Positions 1 to 7,117 of a DNA stretch of 32,000 bases are shown here, in pieces. A program made the translations under genes and the position numbers. The stretch lies in NCBI RefSeq assembly GCF_030283205.1, contig NZ_JASNWF010000016.1, positions 82,018 through 114,017 on the forward strand, in the 5' to 3' direction. The number at the start of each line of letters is the position of its first letter. Position 1 is the first letter of the stretch. This DNA is from Actinomadura sp. OS1-43. Its GTDB lineage: Bacteria; Actinomycetota; Actinomycetes; Streptosporangiales; Streptosporangiaceae. Below the pieces are notes generated by a model. It was not told the origin of the DNA and searched no databases. It worked only from the letters and a program-made list of their open reading frames with translations.

Positions 1-448
1 GCGCTGACGCCTGGACGGTCTGCGCGCGCCACGTCCGTCCCGCGTCGGACGACACGGCGACGACGTTGCCCGCGCCCGTCGCCACCACGGTGTCGCCGCG
101 CGCCACGACATGGGTGAAGGGACCTTGTGCCTGCGGCGGCTGTACCGACGTCCACTTCGCGCCGTCGTCGGACGTCCACACGGCGGGCGCGCCATTGCGC
201 TCGCCGACCGCGACATAGCCCTTCGTCACGGAGACGACGTCGTGCATCTTCCCGTCCTGGAGATCACCGGATCCGGCGGTCCACTGGGCGAGGTCGTTAG
301 AACGCCATGCGATAGGTGATTTGTCCGTCGACCCCACGACGACGTAGCCCGCCTGTCCGTAGGCGGCGCCGCCTAGCTCGCCGTCGTCATCCGCTGGGGC
401 CGTCGCGGGGTTCCACGCGTTCGCGTCGTTCGAGGTGAGGAGGAGCAG
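1..448 (-). CDS. Continuation of the same BNR/Asp-box protein in another frame (partial, runs off the window start)
   Basis: My own translation of the minus strand, in the frame whose codons have highest coordinate = 1 mod 3, is open from 448 down to 1. It reads LLLLTSNDANAWNPATAPADDDGELGGAAYGQAGYVVVGSTDKSPIAWRSNDLAQWTAGSGDLQDGKMHDVVSVTKGYVAVGERNGAPAVWTSDDGAKWTSVQPPQAQGPFTHVVARGDTVVATGAGNVVAVSSDAGRTWRAQTVQ. This adds 4 more Asp-box-like motifs and repeats the GAAYG module seen just upstream in the 373..2475 frame. Confidence 0.6.
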   Translation of the reverse strand, partial: MLLLTSNDANAWNPATAPADDDGELGGAAYGQAGYVVVGSTDKSPIAWRSNDLAQWTAGSGDLQDGKMHDVVSVTKGYVAVGERNGAPAVWTSDDGAKWTSVQPPQAQGPFTHVVARGDTVVATGAGNVVAVSSDAGRTWRAQTVQASA

Positions 449-2475
449 CCCTTCGGCCCGTAGGCCGCACCCGCCAGCCGTTGCACGCCCGGCCCTGCGA
501 GGCCCGTGCCGCCGGCGCGCGTCCACGTTTTACCGTCCCTTGTCGTCCAGACGGCTGCCTCGCCTGCGCCGCTACCGACCGCCAGCGTCGTGCCATTGGC
601 GGACGTCAAACGCCTGATGGTCCGGTCCGGTGTGACCGCGTCGGGGATGGAGAGCAGGTCGATGTCCCCGTGGCGCGCGCCCGGAGCCGTCAGGTAGGCG
701 CCGGTGTTCTGGTGTCCCGCCACAAGAACGCCCTTGGGGAGCGCCGCCGTCGACTCGGCCTTGCGCCCCTGGTCCGTCGCGAGCCTCTCCACGGGCTGCC
801 AGTTGACGCCGTCCGTGCTCCGCTGCACGGCCACGCGCCCGTCGCTGAGCGGCGTGAGCGCGGCCAGCCCCGCGTCGGAACCGCCCAACGCGGCCAAGCT
901 GGAATAGGTGCGCCGGTCGATGGTGCTGGCACGCGTCCAGCCGACGCCGTCGGACGACCGGAAGAACACCGCGAGAGCGCGCTTCTTCGGGTTCTTCGAC
1001 GACCCGCCCGTACGGCGCCCCTCCCGCGCCGCGAAGAAACCGCCGGGCCCGGACGTCAACGCCACCACCGGCCCGTACGAACCGTCGCTCTGCGGAACCT
1101 CCGCACGGGCCCACGTCCGTCCGCCGTCGGCGGACCGCCACAGGTCGCCCTTGTCGTTCCTCACGACGAGCGTGTTCCCGCTCGTCGCGATGCTCTGCGG
1201 GCCGCCCTGGAGAGCGGGCTGTTGCCGCTGCCACGTGGTGCCGTCCGAGGACGTCCACAGGACGGGCGCATTCTGGCTGGTCCCGATCGCGGCGAAGCCC
1301 GCCGAGGTGGCGGCCAGCCCGGTCACGTGGTCGCCCGGATTGAACACGCCCTTGCCGGCGGTCCGATGCGACCACGTCCGGCCGTCCGCGCTCGTCCACG
1401 CGGCCACGCCTCCGGGGCCCTCGCCCAACGCTGCCCACGACCGGCTCCCCGCCGCGACGACCTGGGGCACGTCGCCGCTCGTCCCGCCCTCGTCCTTCAC
1501 CTTCGCGGCGTTCCACGCCTTGCCGCCGTCGGACGACACAAGGATCTGCCCGCGCGGCGCGTCCACGGTCTCGCTGCCGACCGTCACCGCCGTGTCACCG
1601 CGCACCGCGACCGCCGTGATCGACTGCTCGTGCCCGTCGTACAACGCCGGAGGCACCGCGAACACCTTGTCGGCCGCCTCCGCGCCCTCGGCGCCGCCGC
1701 CTCCGCTGCCACCGCCGTCCCGCACCAGGTACGCCACGCCCCCCGCCACCAGCGCCGCGACCGCCGCGACCGCGATCCCCGACCGCAGCCCGGGCCGGAA
1801 CACCCGCGTCGCCCCGCCCTCCGGCGGCGTGGGCGCCCCCCGGGGCCGATCGAACACCGGCCCGTCCGCCTCCGCCCCCGCCCCGTCCCGAATCCGCACC
1901 CGCTCTTGCGCGCCACTCGCAACCGCCGCCGCACCCGCACGCGGCCCCGCCGACGGCCATGTGTGCAGGCCTGGACGCGCCGCGGAGGGCGTTCCTTGAG
2001 GTGGCGCCGCAGACGCACCGTGTGCGCCGGTACCCGTGTTCGCCTGCGGTTGGGCGTGTGGCTCCGGGGCTGGTCTTTGGCGTGGGCTGGACGGTGTTGC
2101 TTGGGGTGGCGCGGGGGTGGCGCCGGGTGCTTCGGCGTTTGTGGTCGTTTGGGGCGGCGTGTGTTTCTGCGGACGGGTGTGCGCTGCCGGCGTAGGCCCT
2201 GGACGGGGCGCGGGCGATGGTGCTGCTGCTGCCAGGGGGCTGGTGGGTGGGGCGGTCGGGGCGGTGGGGGTGCGTGGGGGGCGGCTGTGGGGTCTCGCCT
2301 GCTCGGCGGGTTCGTCCGCTGTGGGTTTCCGGGCGGACTTGGTGCGCCAGCTCGCCACGAGCTTGTCGCCCTCGGCGGGGGGCGGTTTGGGGTGGTCGGC
2401 GCGGCCCCAGTTCGGGGGCGGGGGAGTGGGGGAGCCGGGCGAGTCCTGGTCGTCAGGCCGGTCGGCCGTGCTCAT
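373..2475 (-). CDS. Membrane-anchored BNR/Asp-box repeat (beta-propeller) protein with a long Pro/Ala/Thr-rich N-terminal region; 3' end apparently frameshifted
   Basis: 700-aa ORF with ATG at 2475 preceded by GAGGGGGG. The first ~235 aa are Pro/Ala/Thr-rich low complexity, followed by one hydrophobic helix (IAVAAVAALVAGGVAYLV). At least 7 Asp-box motifs S-x-D-x-G-x-x-W follow (SSDGGKAW, SADGRTW, SSDGTTW, SADGGRTW, SSDGVGW, STDGVNW, TRDGKTW). The last ~24 aa (CSSSPRTTRTRGTPRRPQRMTTAS) look like out-of-frame GC-rich translation. Confidence 0.8.
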   Translation of the reverse strand: MSTADRPDDQDSPGSPTPPPPNWGRADHPKPPPAEGDKLVASWRTKSARKPTADEPAEQARPHSRPPRTPTAPTAPPTSPLAAAAPSPAPRPGPTPAAHTRPQKHTPPQTTTNAEAPGATPAPPQATPSSPRQRPAPEPHAQPQANTGTGAHGASAAPPQGTPSAARPGLHTWPSAGPRAGAAAVASGAQERVRIRDGAGAEADGPVFDRPRGAPTPPEGGATRVFRPGLRSGIAVAAVAALVAGGVAYLVRDGGGSGGGGAEGAEAADKVFAVPPALYDGHEQSITAVAVRGDTAVTVGSETVDAPRGQILVSSDGGKAWNAAKVKDEGGTSGDVPQVVAAGSRSWAALGEGPGGVAAWTSADGRTWSHRTAGKGVFNPGDHVTGLAATSAGFAAIGTSQNAPVLWTSSDGTTWQRQQPALQGGPQSIATSGNTLVVRNDKGDLWRSADGGRTWARAEVPQSDGSYGPVVALTSGPGGFFAAREGRRTGGSSKNPKKRALAVFFRSSDGVGWTRASTIDRRTYSSLAALGGSDAGLAALTPLSDGRVAVQRSTDGVNWQPVERLATDQGRKAESTAALPKGVLVAGHQNTGAYLTAPGARHGDIDLLSIPDAVTPDRTIRRLTSANGTTLAVGSGAGEAAVWTTRDGKTWTRAGGTGLAGPGVQRLAGAAYGPKGCSSSPRTTRTRGTPRRPQRMTTAS

Positions 2476-2556
2476 ATTCGCCCCCCTCGCGACAGCACAG
2501 AAGCGAAGTGTACGGAATTGCGGTGGATCGGAGGAAGGGCGGCGGGCGGGGAATGA

Positions 2557-2573
2557 ATACCCCCTAGGCGTAT
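2557..2573. promoter_or_regulatory. CsoR/RicR-like operator half-palindrome box 1 (ATACCCCCTAGGCGTAT)
   Basis: Imperfect dyad TACCC-CCTAG-GCGTA in the divergent 156-bp region between the BNR gene (start 2475) and the MFS gene (start 2632). It is a near copy of box 2, which lies 34 bp downstream. Confidence 0.45.
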
Positions 2574-2590
2574 GTTACGGTCCGACGCAC

Positions 2591-2607
2591 ATACCCCCTA
2601 GGGGTAC
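2591..2607. promoter_or_regulatory. CsoR/RicR-like operator box 2 (ATACCCCCTAGGGGTAC)
   Basis: Inverted repeat TACCCC-CTA-GGGGTA (form TACCC-N5-GGGTA). It ends 9 nt before the GGAGGGA Shine-Dalgarno of the MFS gene. Confidence 0.5.
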
Positions 2608-2631
2608 AGCCGAGTGGAGGGACGGACCGTC

Positions 2632-4050
2632 ATGTCCGCAGACCCGAGGCGGTGGTGGGCGCTGGCCGTGCTCGCCACCGCGCAGTTCATGGTGATCATG
2701 GACACGTCGATCATCGGGGTGGCGCTCCCCGACCTGCAGCGCGATCTGGGCTTCGGCCCGAGCGGGTTGCAGTGGGTGTTCAACGCCTACGTCGTCGCGT
2801 TCGGCGGGCTGCTGCTGCTCGGCGGCCGCCTGTCGGACCTGCTCGGCGCGCGGCGGGTGTTCGCGGCCGGCTGGGTGGTGCTGGTCGCCGGGTCGGTGGT
2901 CGCGGCGGCCGCCGGCGGGGCCGGGATCGAGATCGCCGGGCGCGCCGTGCAGGGCGTCGGGTCGGCGCTGATCGCGCCGTCCTCGTTGACGCTGCTGATG
3001 GCGCTGTTCTCCGCGCGGCCCAAGGAGCTGGCCAGGGCGATGGCGTTCTACGGCGCCGCCGCACCGGCGGGCGGGACGGCCGGGGTGTTCCTCGGCGGTG
3101 TCATCACCGAGTGGCTGAGCTGGCCGTGGGTGTTCATCATCTACATCCCGATCGGGCTGGCGACCCTGGCGCTGGTGCCGGGGTTGCTGCCGGACGTCCC
3201 CGGACGCCGCGCCGGGCTGGACGTGCTGGGCGCGGCGGCGGTGACCGGCGGGCTCGCCCTGGCCGTCTACGCGATCGTCCAGGCGCCCGAGCGCGGATGG
3301 GGTGCGACGGCCACCGTCCTGCAACTCGGCGGCGCGGTGCTGCTGCTGGCCTTGTTCGTGGCGTGGCAGCGGATCGTCCGCAGCCCGCTGATGCCGCTGT
3401 CGGTGTGGCGCACGCGCGGCCTGGCCGGTGCGAACGCGGCGATGGCGCTGCTGGGCGCCGCGTGGATCCCGATGTGGTACTTCCTCAACCTCTACCTGCA
3501 GCAGGTGCTCGGGTACGGGGCGTTCCCCAGCGGGGCGGCGCTGCTGCCGATGACCGCGCTGATGATGGTGCTGATGGTCGGCGTCACCGGACGGCTCATC
3601 GGGCGGTTCGGCACCGGGCCGCTCATCGTCACCGGGCTGCTGGTGCTGGCCGCGGGGCTGTTCGTGCTGTCGACGATCGACGCGGGCGGCGGCTTCTTCA
3701 CCGATGTGCTCCCGGGCTCGCTGGTCTCGGCCGTCGGGATGTCGCTGGTGTTCATCCCGGCCACCATGGCCGCGATCGGCGGTGTCGCCCCGGAGCAGGG
3801 CGGGCTGGCGTCCGGCATCGTCAACACCACCTACCAGGTCGGTTCCGCGATCGGGCTGGCGGCGATGACCGCCATCGCCACCTCGCACGGCGGCGGAGAG
3901 CTCGGCAACCTGGGCGCTCTCACCGACGGGTTCCAGGCCGCGTTCGTCGGCGCCGCCGTCGTGGCGCTGGCCGGTTCCGGTCTCGCGCTGGTGACGCTGC
4001 GGGCCCGGTCGGCGCGCGCGGTCCCCGAGAAGGAGACGGTCGGCGCGTGA
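2632..4050 (+). CDS. MFS transporter, DHA2 (EmrB/QacA-like, 14-TMS) drug/cation:H+ antiporter family
   Basis: The ORF frame runs 2614..4050. ATG 2632 follows GGAGGGA (2616-2622) at good spacing and is preferred over GTG 2614. The N-terminus MSADPRRWWALAVLATAQFMVIMDTSIIGVALPDLQRDLGF and the many hydrophobic helices over ~470 aa are typical of DHA2 MFS exporters. Confidence 0.9.
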   Translation: MSADPRRWWALAVLATAQFMVIMDTSIIGVALPDLQRDLGFGPSGLQWVFNAYVVAFGGLLLLGGRLSDLLGARRVFAAGWVVLVAGSVVAAAAGGAGIEIAGRAVQGVGSALIAPSSLTLLMALFSARPKELARAMAFYGAAAPAGGTAGVFLGGVITEWLSWPWVFIIYIPIGLATLALVPGLLPDVPGRRAGLDVLGAAAVTGGLALAVYAIVQAPERGWGATATVLQLGGAVLLLALFVAWQRIVRSPLMPLSVWRTRGLAGANAAMALLGAAWIPMWYFLNLYLQQVLGYGAFPSGAALLPMTALMMVLMVGVTGRLIGRFGTGPLIVTGLLVLAAGLFVLSTIDAGGGFFTDVLPGSLVSAVGMSLVFIPATMAAIGGVAPEQGGLASGIVNTTYQVGSAIGLAAMTAIATSHGGGELGNLGALTDGFQAAFVGAAVVALAGSGLALVTLRARSARAVPEKETVGA

Positions 4051-4086
4051 GCGGTGTCCGCGAGGCCGTCCCGCCGTGTGCGGGGC

Positions 4087-4113
4087 GGCCTCCGGATTAC
4101 CCCCCGGAGGTTT
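4087..4113 (+). terminator. Possible intrinsic terminator after the MFS gene
   Basis: Stem CCTCCGG (4089-4095), loop ATTACCCC, stem CCGGAGG (4104-4110), followed by TTT. It starts 37 nt after the MFS stop. Confidence 0.4.
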
Positions 4114-4171
4114 CCGGCGGCGGTGATCAGGTACATCGACTGGTGATGGACGCCGGGAACCGGGAGGGGCG

Positions 4172-4513
4172 ATGCCGCCGTACGCCGTGGTCCTGTCGGT
4201 CCTGGGGCTGGTGGGGGCGGTCATCGCGGCCGTCTACGCGGTGTCGTACATGGTCGCGCCGGAGATGGAGGGCGGGCCGTTCCTGTCGGGCGGGCGTCCG
4301 CGCGAGCAAGCGATGTCGCGCTACCACGTCCGCTGGTACGCGGTGACGATGGTGTTCCTCGCCTTCGACATGGAGATGGTCTTCATGTACCCGTGGGCGC
4401 TCGTGGTGGCGTCGGTAGGCGTCAAGGCCGTCGTCGAGATGTTCGCGTTCCTGGTGTTGCTGCTGGTCGGTGTCCTGTACGCGTGGCGCGAAGGGGCGCT
4501 GCGGTGGGTCTGA
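4172..4513 (+). CDS. nuoA: NuoA/ND3-like subunit of a complex I-like membrane module
   Basis: 113 aa with three hydrophobic helices. Signature RYHVRWYAVTMVFLAFDMEMVFMYPW matches the NuoA F-D-x-E...Y-P-W motif. SD-like GGGAGGGG lies just upstream. It is the first gene of a coupled operon. Confidence 0.9.
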   Translation: MPPYAVVLSVLGLVGAVIAAVYAVSYMVAPEMEGGPFLSGGRPREQAMSRYHVRWYAVTMVFLAFDMEMVFMYPWALVVASVGVKAVVEMFAFLVLLLVGVLYAWREGALRWV

Positions 4514-5439
4514 GACGGCGGTTGGAGCGGCCGGCGAAGCACAGCCCGCGCCCGTTCGTGGTGTCGGCGGCCGACGGGACGGGGGAGCGGCTCGCGGTCG
4601 AGGCCGGGTTGCGGCGGCGGGGGTGGCGGGCGGCGGTGTCACCGGCGGAGACGGGTGTGCTCGTCGTGTGCGGGCGTCCGGGGGAGGCGCTGGCGGAGGC
4701 GATCGACGAGGTCTGGTCGGGCATGCCGGGGCCGCGGGCGCGGGTCCGGCCGGACGCGCTGGACGACATCGTGTGGGACGGAACCCGGACGTCTCGCCCA
4801 TCGGGCGAAGTGGAGACGGCCGGTCGAGCGGACGACCGGGACGGTCTGCGGCTCGACGTCCTGCACGTCCCGCTCGGTCCAGTGCTGGCGGACTGGCCCG
4901 CGGGCCTGCGGCTCGACCTGGCGTTGCAAGGGGACGTCGTGCAGGCCGCGGAGGCCGTGATGGTCGACACGGGCGGCGGGTCGTTCTGGGAGGGGCGGCC
5001 GGGGGCGCGCGGGCTCGACGGGCTCGCCCGCTTCTTGCGGGTCGCGGGCTGGGACGACGCGGCGCGGCGCGCCGCCGTTCTGCGGGACGACCTCCTCAGC
5101 GGCAAGGAGATCGGGGAGCGGTTCGACACGTTCGACCGGATGGTCCGGCGTTCGCGGTTGCTGCGGTGGATGACCAGAGGGATCGGGAACCTCACACCGG
5201 AGGCGGCGGAGCGGCACGGCGTCGCGCCGCAGCATGTCGGTGACGTCAACGACCGGTTGCGCGGGCGGCTCCGCGAGATCCGGCTCGCCCTCGACGGCGA
5301 CGACTCGCACGGCCATGCCAGGGCCGAGGCGCTCGTGGCGGTGCTGCCCGAGCTGGTGAAGGGCACCGAGCTGGCGCAGGCCCGGCTGATCGTCGCGAGC
5401 CTGGATCCGGACCTCGCGGCGGTGCCGGCCGATGGTTGA
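4504..5439 (+). CDS. Vestigial NuoB-like + NuoD-like fusion protein (cofactor-less Q-module relic)
   Basis: GTG 4504 overlaps the nuoA stop (GTGGGTCTGA). The listed ATG 4393 would overlap nuoA by 120 nt. Residues 44-81 (AVSPAETGVLVVCGRPGEALAEAIDEVWSGMPGPRARV) resemble the NuoB stretch ..SPRQSDVMIVAGT....MAP..R..YDQMPEPRWVI. Residues 124-152 (LGPVLADWPAGLRLDLALQGDVVQAAEAV) resemble the NuoD N-terminus GPQHPAAHGVLRLxLELDGExVxxAxP. IGNLTPEAAERHGV, GDVNDRLRGRLREIRLAL and the C-terminal LIVASLDPDLAAV resemble the NuoD motifs IGxLSxExAxxxGxxGP, GDxYDRYxVRxEEMRxSL and GSxDIVxGEVDR. These are by-eye alignments only. Confidence 0.7.
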   Translation: MGLRRRLERPAKHSPRPFVVSAADGTGERLAVEAGLRRRGWRAAVSPAETGVLVVCGRPGEALAEAIDEVWSGMPGPRARVRPDALDDIVWDGTRTSRPSGEVETAGRADDRDGLRLDVLHVPLGPVLADWPAGLRLDLALQGDVVQAAEAVMVDTGGGSFWEGRPGARGLDGLARFLRVAGWDDAARRAAVLRDDLLSGKEIGERFDTFDRMVRRSRLLRWMTRGIGNLTPEAAERHGVAPQHVGDVNDRLRGRLREIRLALDGDDSHGHARAEALVAVLPELVKGTELAQARLIVASLDPDLAAVPADG

Positions 5440-6295
5440 GGTGCTCGTCCTCGGGCTGATCGCCGTCGCGGCGGCGTCGTTGGACGCGGTGCTCGCGGGC
5501 GGTCCCGGCCCGGTCCGGGAGGCCGCGCGGTTGCTGGTGACCGAGCGGCGCGCGACGCCCAGCGCGGACCGGCTGCTGACGCGGGCCGGTGCGATCTCGC
5601 TGCCGGTGGCGGCGGCGCTGGCCGCGCTCGTCGTGCCGTTCGGCGGCCACGCCGCGCTGGACACGCGGGTCGGCGTCGTGTGGTTCAACGCGATGGAGGT
5701 CGTCGCGTGGGCGTCGGTCTGGCTGGCGGGATGGGGCGTCAACTCCGCGTACGCGCTGGTCGGCGGGTACCGGTTCCTCGCGCAGGGCCTTGCGTACGAG
5801 CTGCCGCACATGTTCGCCCTCATCACGGCGGCGCTGGCGGCGCACTCGCTGGACCTGCGGGCGATCGGTGCGGCGCAGGACGGGCTGTGGTTCGGGGTCT
5901 GGATGCCGGGGGCGTTCGCGGTGTACCTGGTGTCCGCGCTCGCGATGGCGTTCTGGGGGCCGTTCGAGGCGCCGCTGGGCGCCGACATCGCGGGCGGAGC
6001 GGCGCTCGAACTGTCCGGCCCCGACCGCCTGGTCTTCCTGGCCGGACGGTACGGGCTTCTCACCGTGGCGTCGGCCGTGGCCGTCCCGCTGTTCCTCGGC
6101 GGCGGCGCGGGTCCGCTGCTACCCGCGTGGCTGTGGTCGGCGGTGAAGACCTGCGCCGTCCTGGCGCTGCTGGTGTGGGCGAGAAGGCGGCTGCCCGTCC
6201 TGCGGATGGACCGGTTCATGCAGGTGGCGTGGACGGTCCTCATCCCCGCCGTGCTGCTGCAGATGCTCGTGGTCGCGATCGTCGTCGTGGACTGA
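5432..6295 (+). CDS. nuoH: NuoH/ND1-like subunit (short, divergent N-terminus)
   Basis: The ATG overlaps the upstream stop (ATGGTTGA). GWGVNSAYALVGGYRFLAQGLAYELPHMF, PFEAPLGADIAGGAALELSGPDRLVFLAGRY and RRRLPVLRMDRFMQVAWTVLIP correspond to the NuoH motifs GSNSKYALLGGLRAxAQxISYE, PFDLPEAExELVxGxxxEYSGxxFALFFLAEY and RATLPRxRYDQLMxxxWKxLLP. Confidence 0.85.
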   Translation: MVEVLVLGLIAVAAASLDAVLAGGPGPVREAARLLVTERRATPSADRLLTRAGAISLPVAAALAALVVPFGGHAALDTRVGVVWFNAMEVVAWASVWLAGWGVNSAYALVGGYRFLAQGLAYELPHMFALITAALAAHSLDLRAIGAAQDGLWFGVWMPGAFAVYLVSALAMAFWGPFEAPLGADIAGGAALELSGPDRLVFLAGRYGLLTVASAVAVPLFLGGGAGPLLPAWLWSAVKTCAVLALLVWARRRLPVLRMDRFMQVAWTVLIPAVLLQMLVVAIVVVD

Positions 6296-6305
6296 GGAGG
6301 TTCCC

Positions 6306-6815
6306 GTGACCGTCCTGTTCTGGGTGCTGGCCGTCGCGGCGGTCGCCTTCGGTGCGGCGGTGTTCGCCGTCGGGTCGATGGCGCGCGCGACGTTCGCGCT
6401 GCTCGCGTCGTTCCTGTGCGTCGGCGGCGAGCTGCTGCTGGTGGGCCTGCACTACCTCGGCGTGCTGGTCGTGCTCATGATGATCATGGAGATGCTGGTG
6501 ATGGCGGTCTTCATGATCATGTACATGATGGACCCGGGCGGGCTGATGCCGATGTCGATGGTGCACAACCGGCGCGGCGCGCTGGCCGTCGCGGGGACGG
6601 TGTTCGCGGCGCTGGCCGCCGGGGTGTTCGCGATCCCGTGGCCGCAGCGGCGCGGCGCCGCGCCGCACGACCCGACCTTCGCGCTCGGCCAGTCGATCAT
6701 GGGGCCGAAGATGCTGGTGATGATGGTGATCGGCATCGCGATCCTGGCCACGATGATCGCCACGGTCGTGCTGGCGACCCGGACGGGACGCTACGGCGAG
6801 GACGGTGTGCGATGA
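6306..6815 (+). CDS. nuoJ: NuoJ/ND6-like subunit (unusually Met-rich)
   Basis: GTG 6306 lies 5 nt after GAGGAGG. 169 aa with 5 hydrophobic helices. Assigned from its position between NuoH-like and NuoK-like genes and from general NuoJ topology. Confidence 0.75.
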   Translation: MTVLFWVLAVAAVAFGAAVFAVGSMARATFALLASFLCVGGELLLVGLHYLGVLVVLMMIMEMLVMAVFMIMYMMDPGGLMPMSMVHNRRGALAVAGTVFAALAAGVFAIPWPQRRGAAPHDPTFALGQSIMGPKMLVMMVIGIAILATMIATVVLATRTGRYGEDGVR

Positions 6816-7117
6816 CCCTCCAGGCGTTCCTGCTGCTCGCCGCCGCCCTGTTCAGCGTCGGCCTGTACGGCGCGCTGTCGCAGCAGTCGATCGTGATGCT
6901 GATGATGGGCCTGGAACTGATGATCAACGGCATCGTCGTCGCGGCGGGCGGGTTCTGGCACTGGGTGTCGCCGGGCGCGCCGGACGGCCAGGTCCTCGTG
7001 CTCGTCGCGATCACCGTGATGGCGCTGGAGATGGCGATGGGGTTCGCCGTCGTCACCGCCCTGTTCCGCGCCCGGGACGTGGACATGACCGACGACGCCG
7101 GAGACCTCCGAGGATGA
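6812..7117 (+). CDS. nuoK: NuoK/ND4L-like subunit
   Basis: ATGA start/stop overlap with nuoJ. 101 aa, MTLQAFLLLAAALFSVGLYGALSQQSIVMLMMGLELMINGIVVAAG...AITVMALEMAMGFAVVTALFR. Both conserved membrane glutamates (GLELM, ALEMA) are present. The ORF track lists this frame only as part of 6416..7117. Confidence 0.9.
   Translation: MTLQAFLLLAAALFSVGLYGALSQQSIVMLMMGLELMINGIVVAAGGFWHWVSPGAPDGQVLVLVAITVMALEMAMGFAVVTALFRARDVDMTDDAGDLRG

Noticed and set aside
481-2556. Very long ORFs antisense or out of frame to the called genes. Examples: 481..2556 +, 2575..4224 -, 2652..4346 +, 7651..10212 -, 12266..14338 -, 18252..20801 +, 21182..23827 +, 25385..27955 -.
   Set aside because: Their translations are Arg/Pro/Gly/Ala-dominated with no motifs, which is typical of shadow ORFs in very GC-rich DNA. 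Each overlaps a frame with clear family signatures and proper SD/start signals.
4393-4503. ATG 4393 as the start of the NuoB/D-relic gene, as listed in the ORF track.
   Set aside because: It would overlap nuoA by 120 nt in another frame. GTG 4504 gives the start/stop overlap pattern used throughout this operon.
6240-6668. His/Asp-rich ORF (..HHRHRHQPARVHHVHDHEDRHHQHLHDHHEHDQH..) that looks like a metal-binding protein.
   Set aside because: It is the antisense reading of the Met-rich nuoJ segment (ATG read backwards gives CAT = His). It has no start context of its own and lies entirely inside a well-supported gene.
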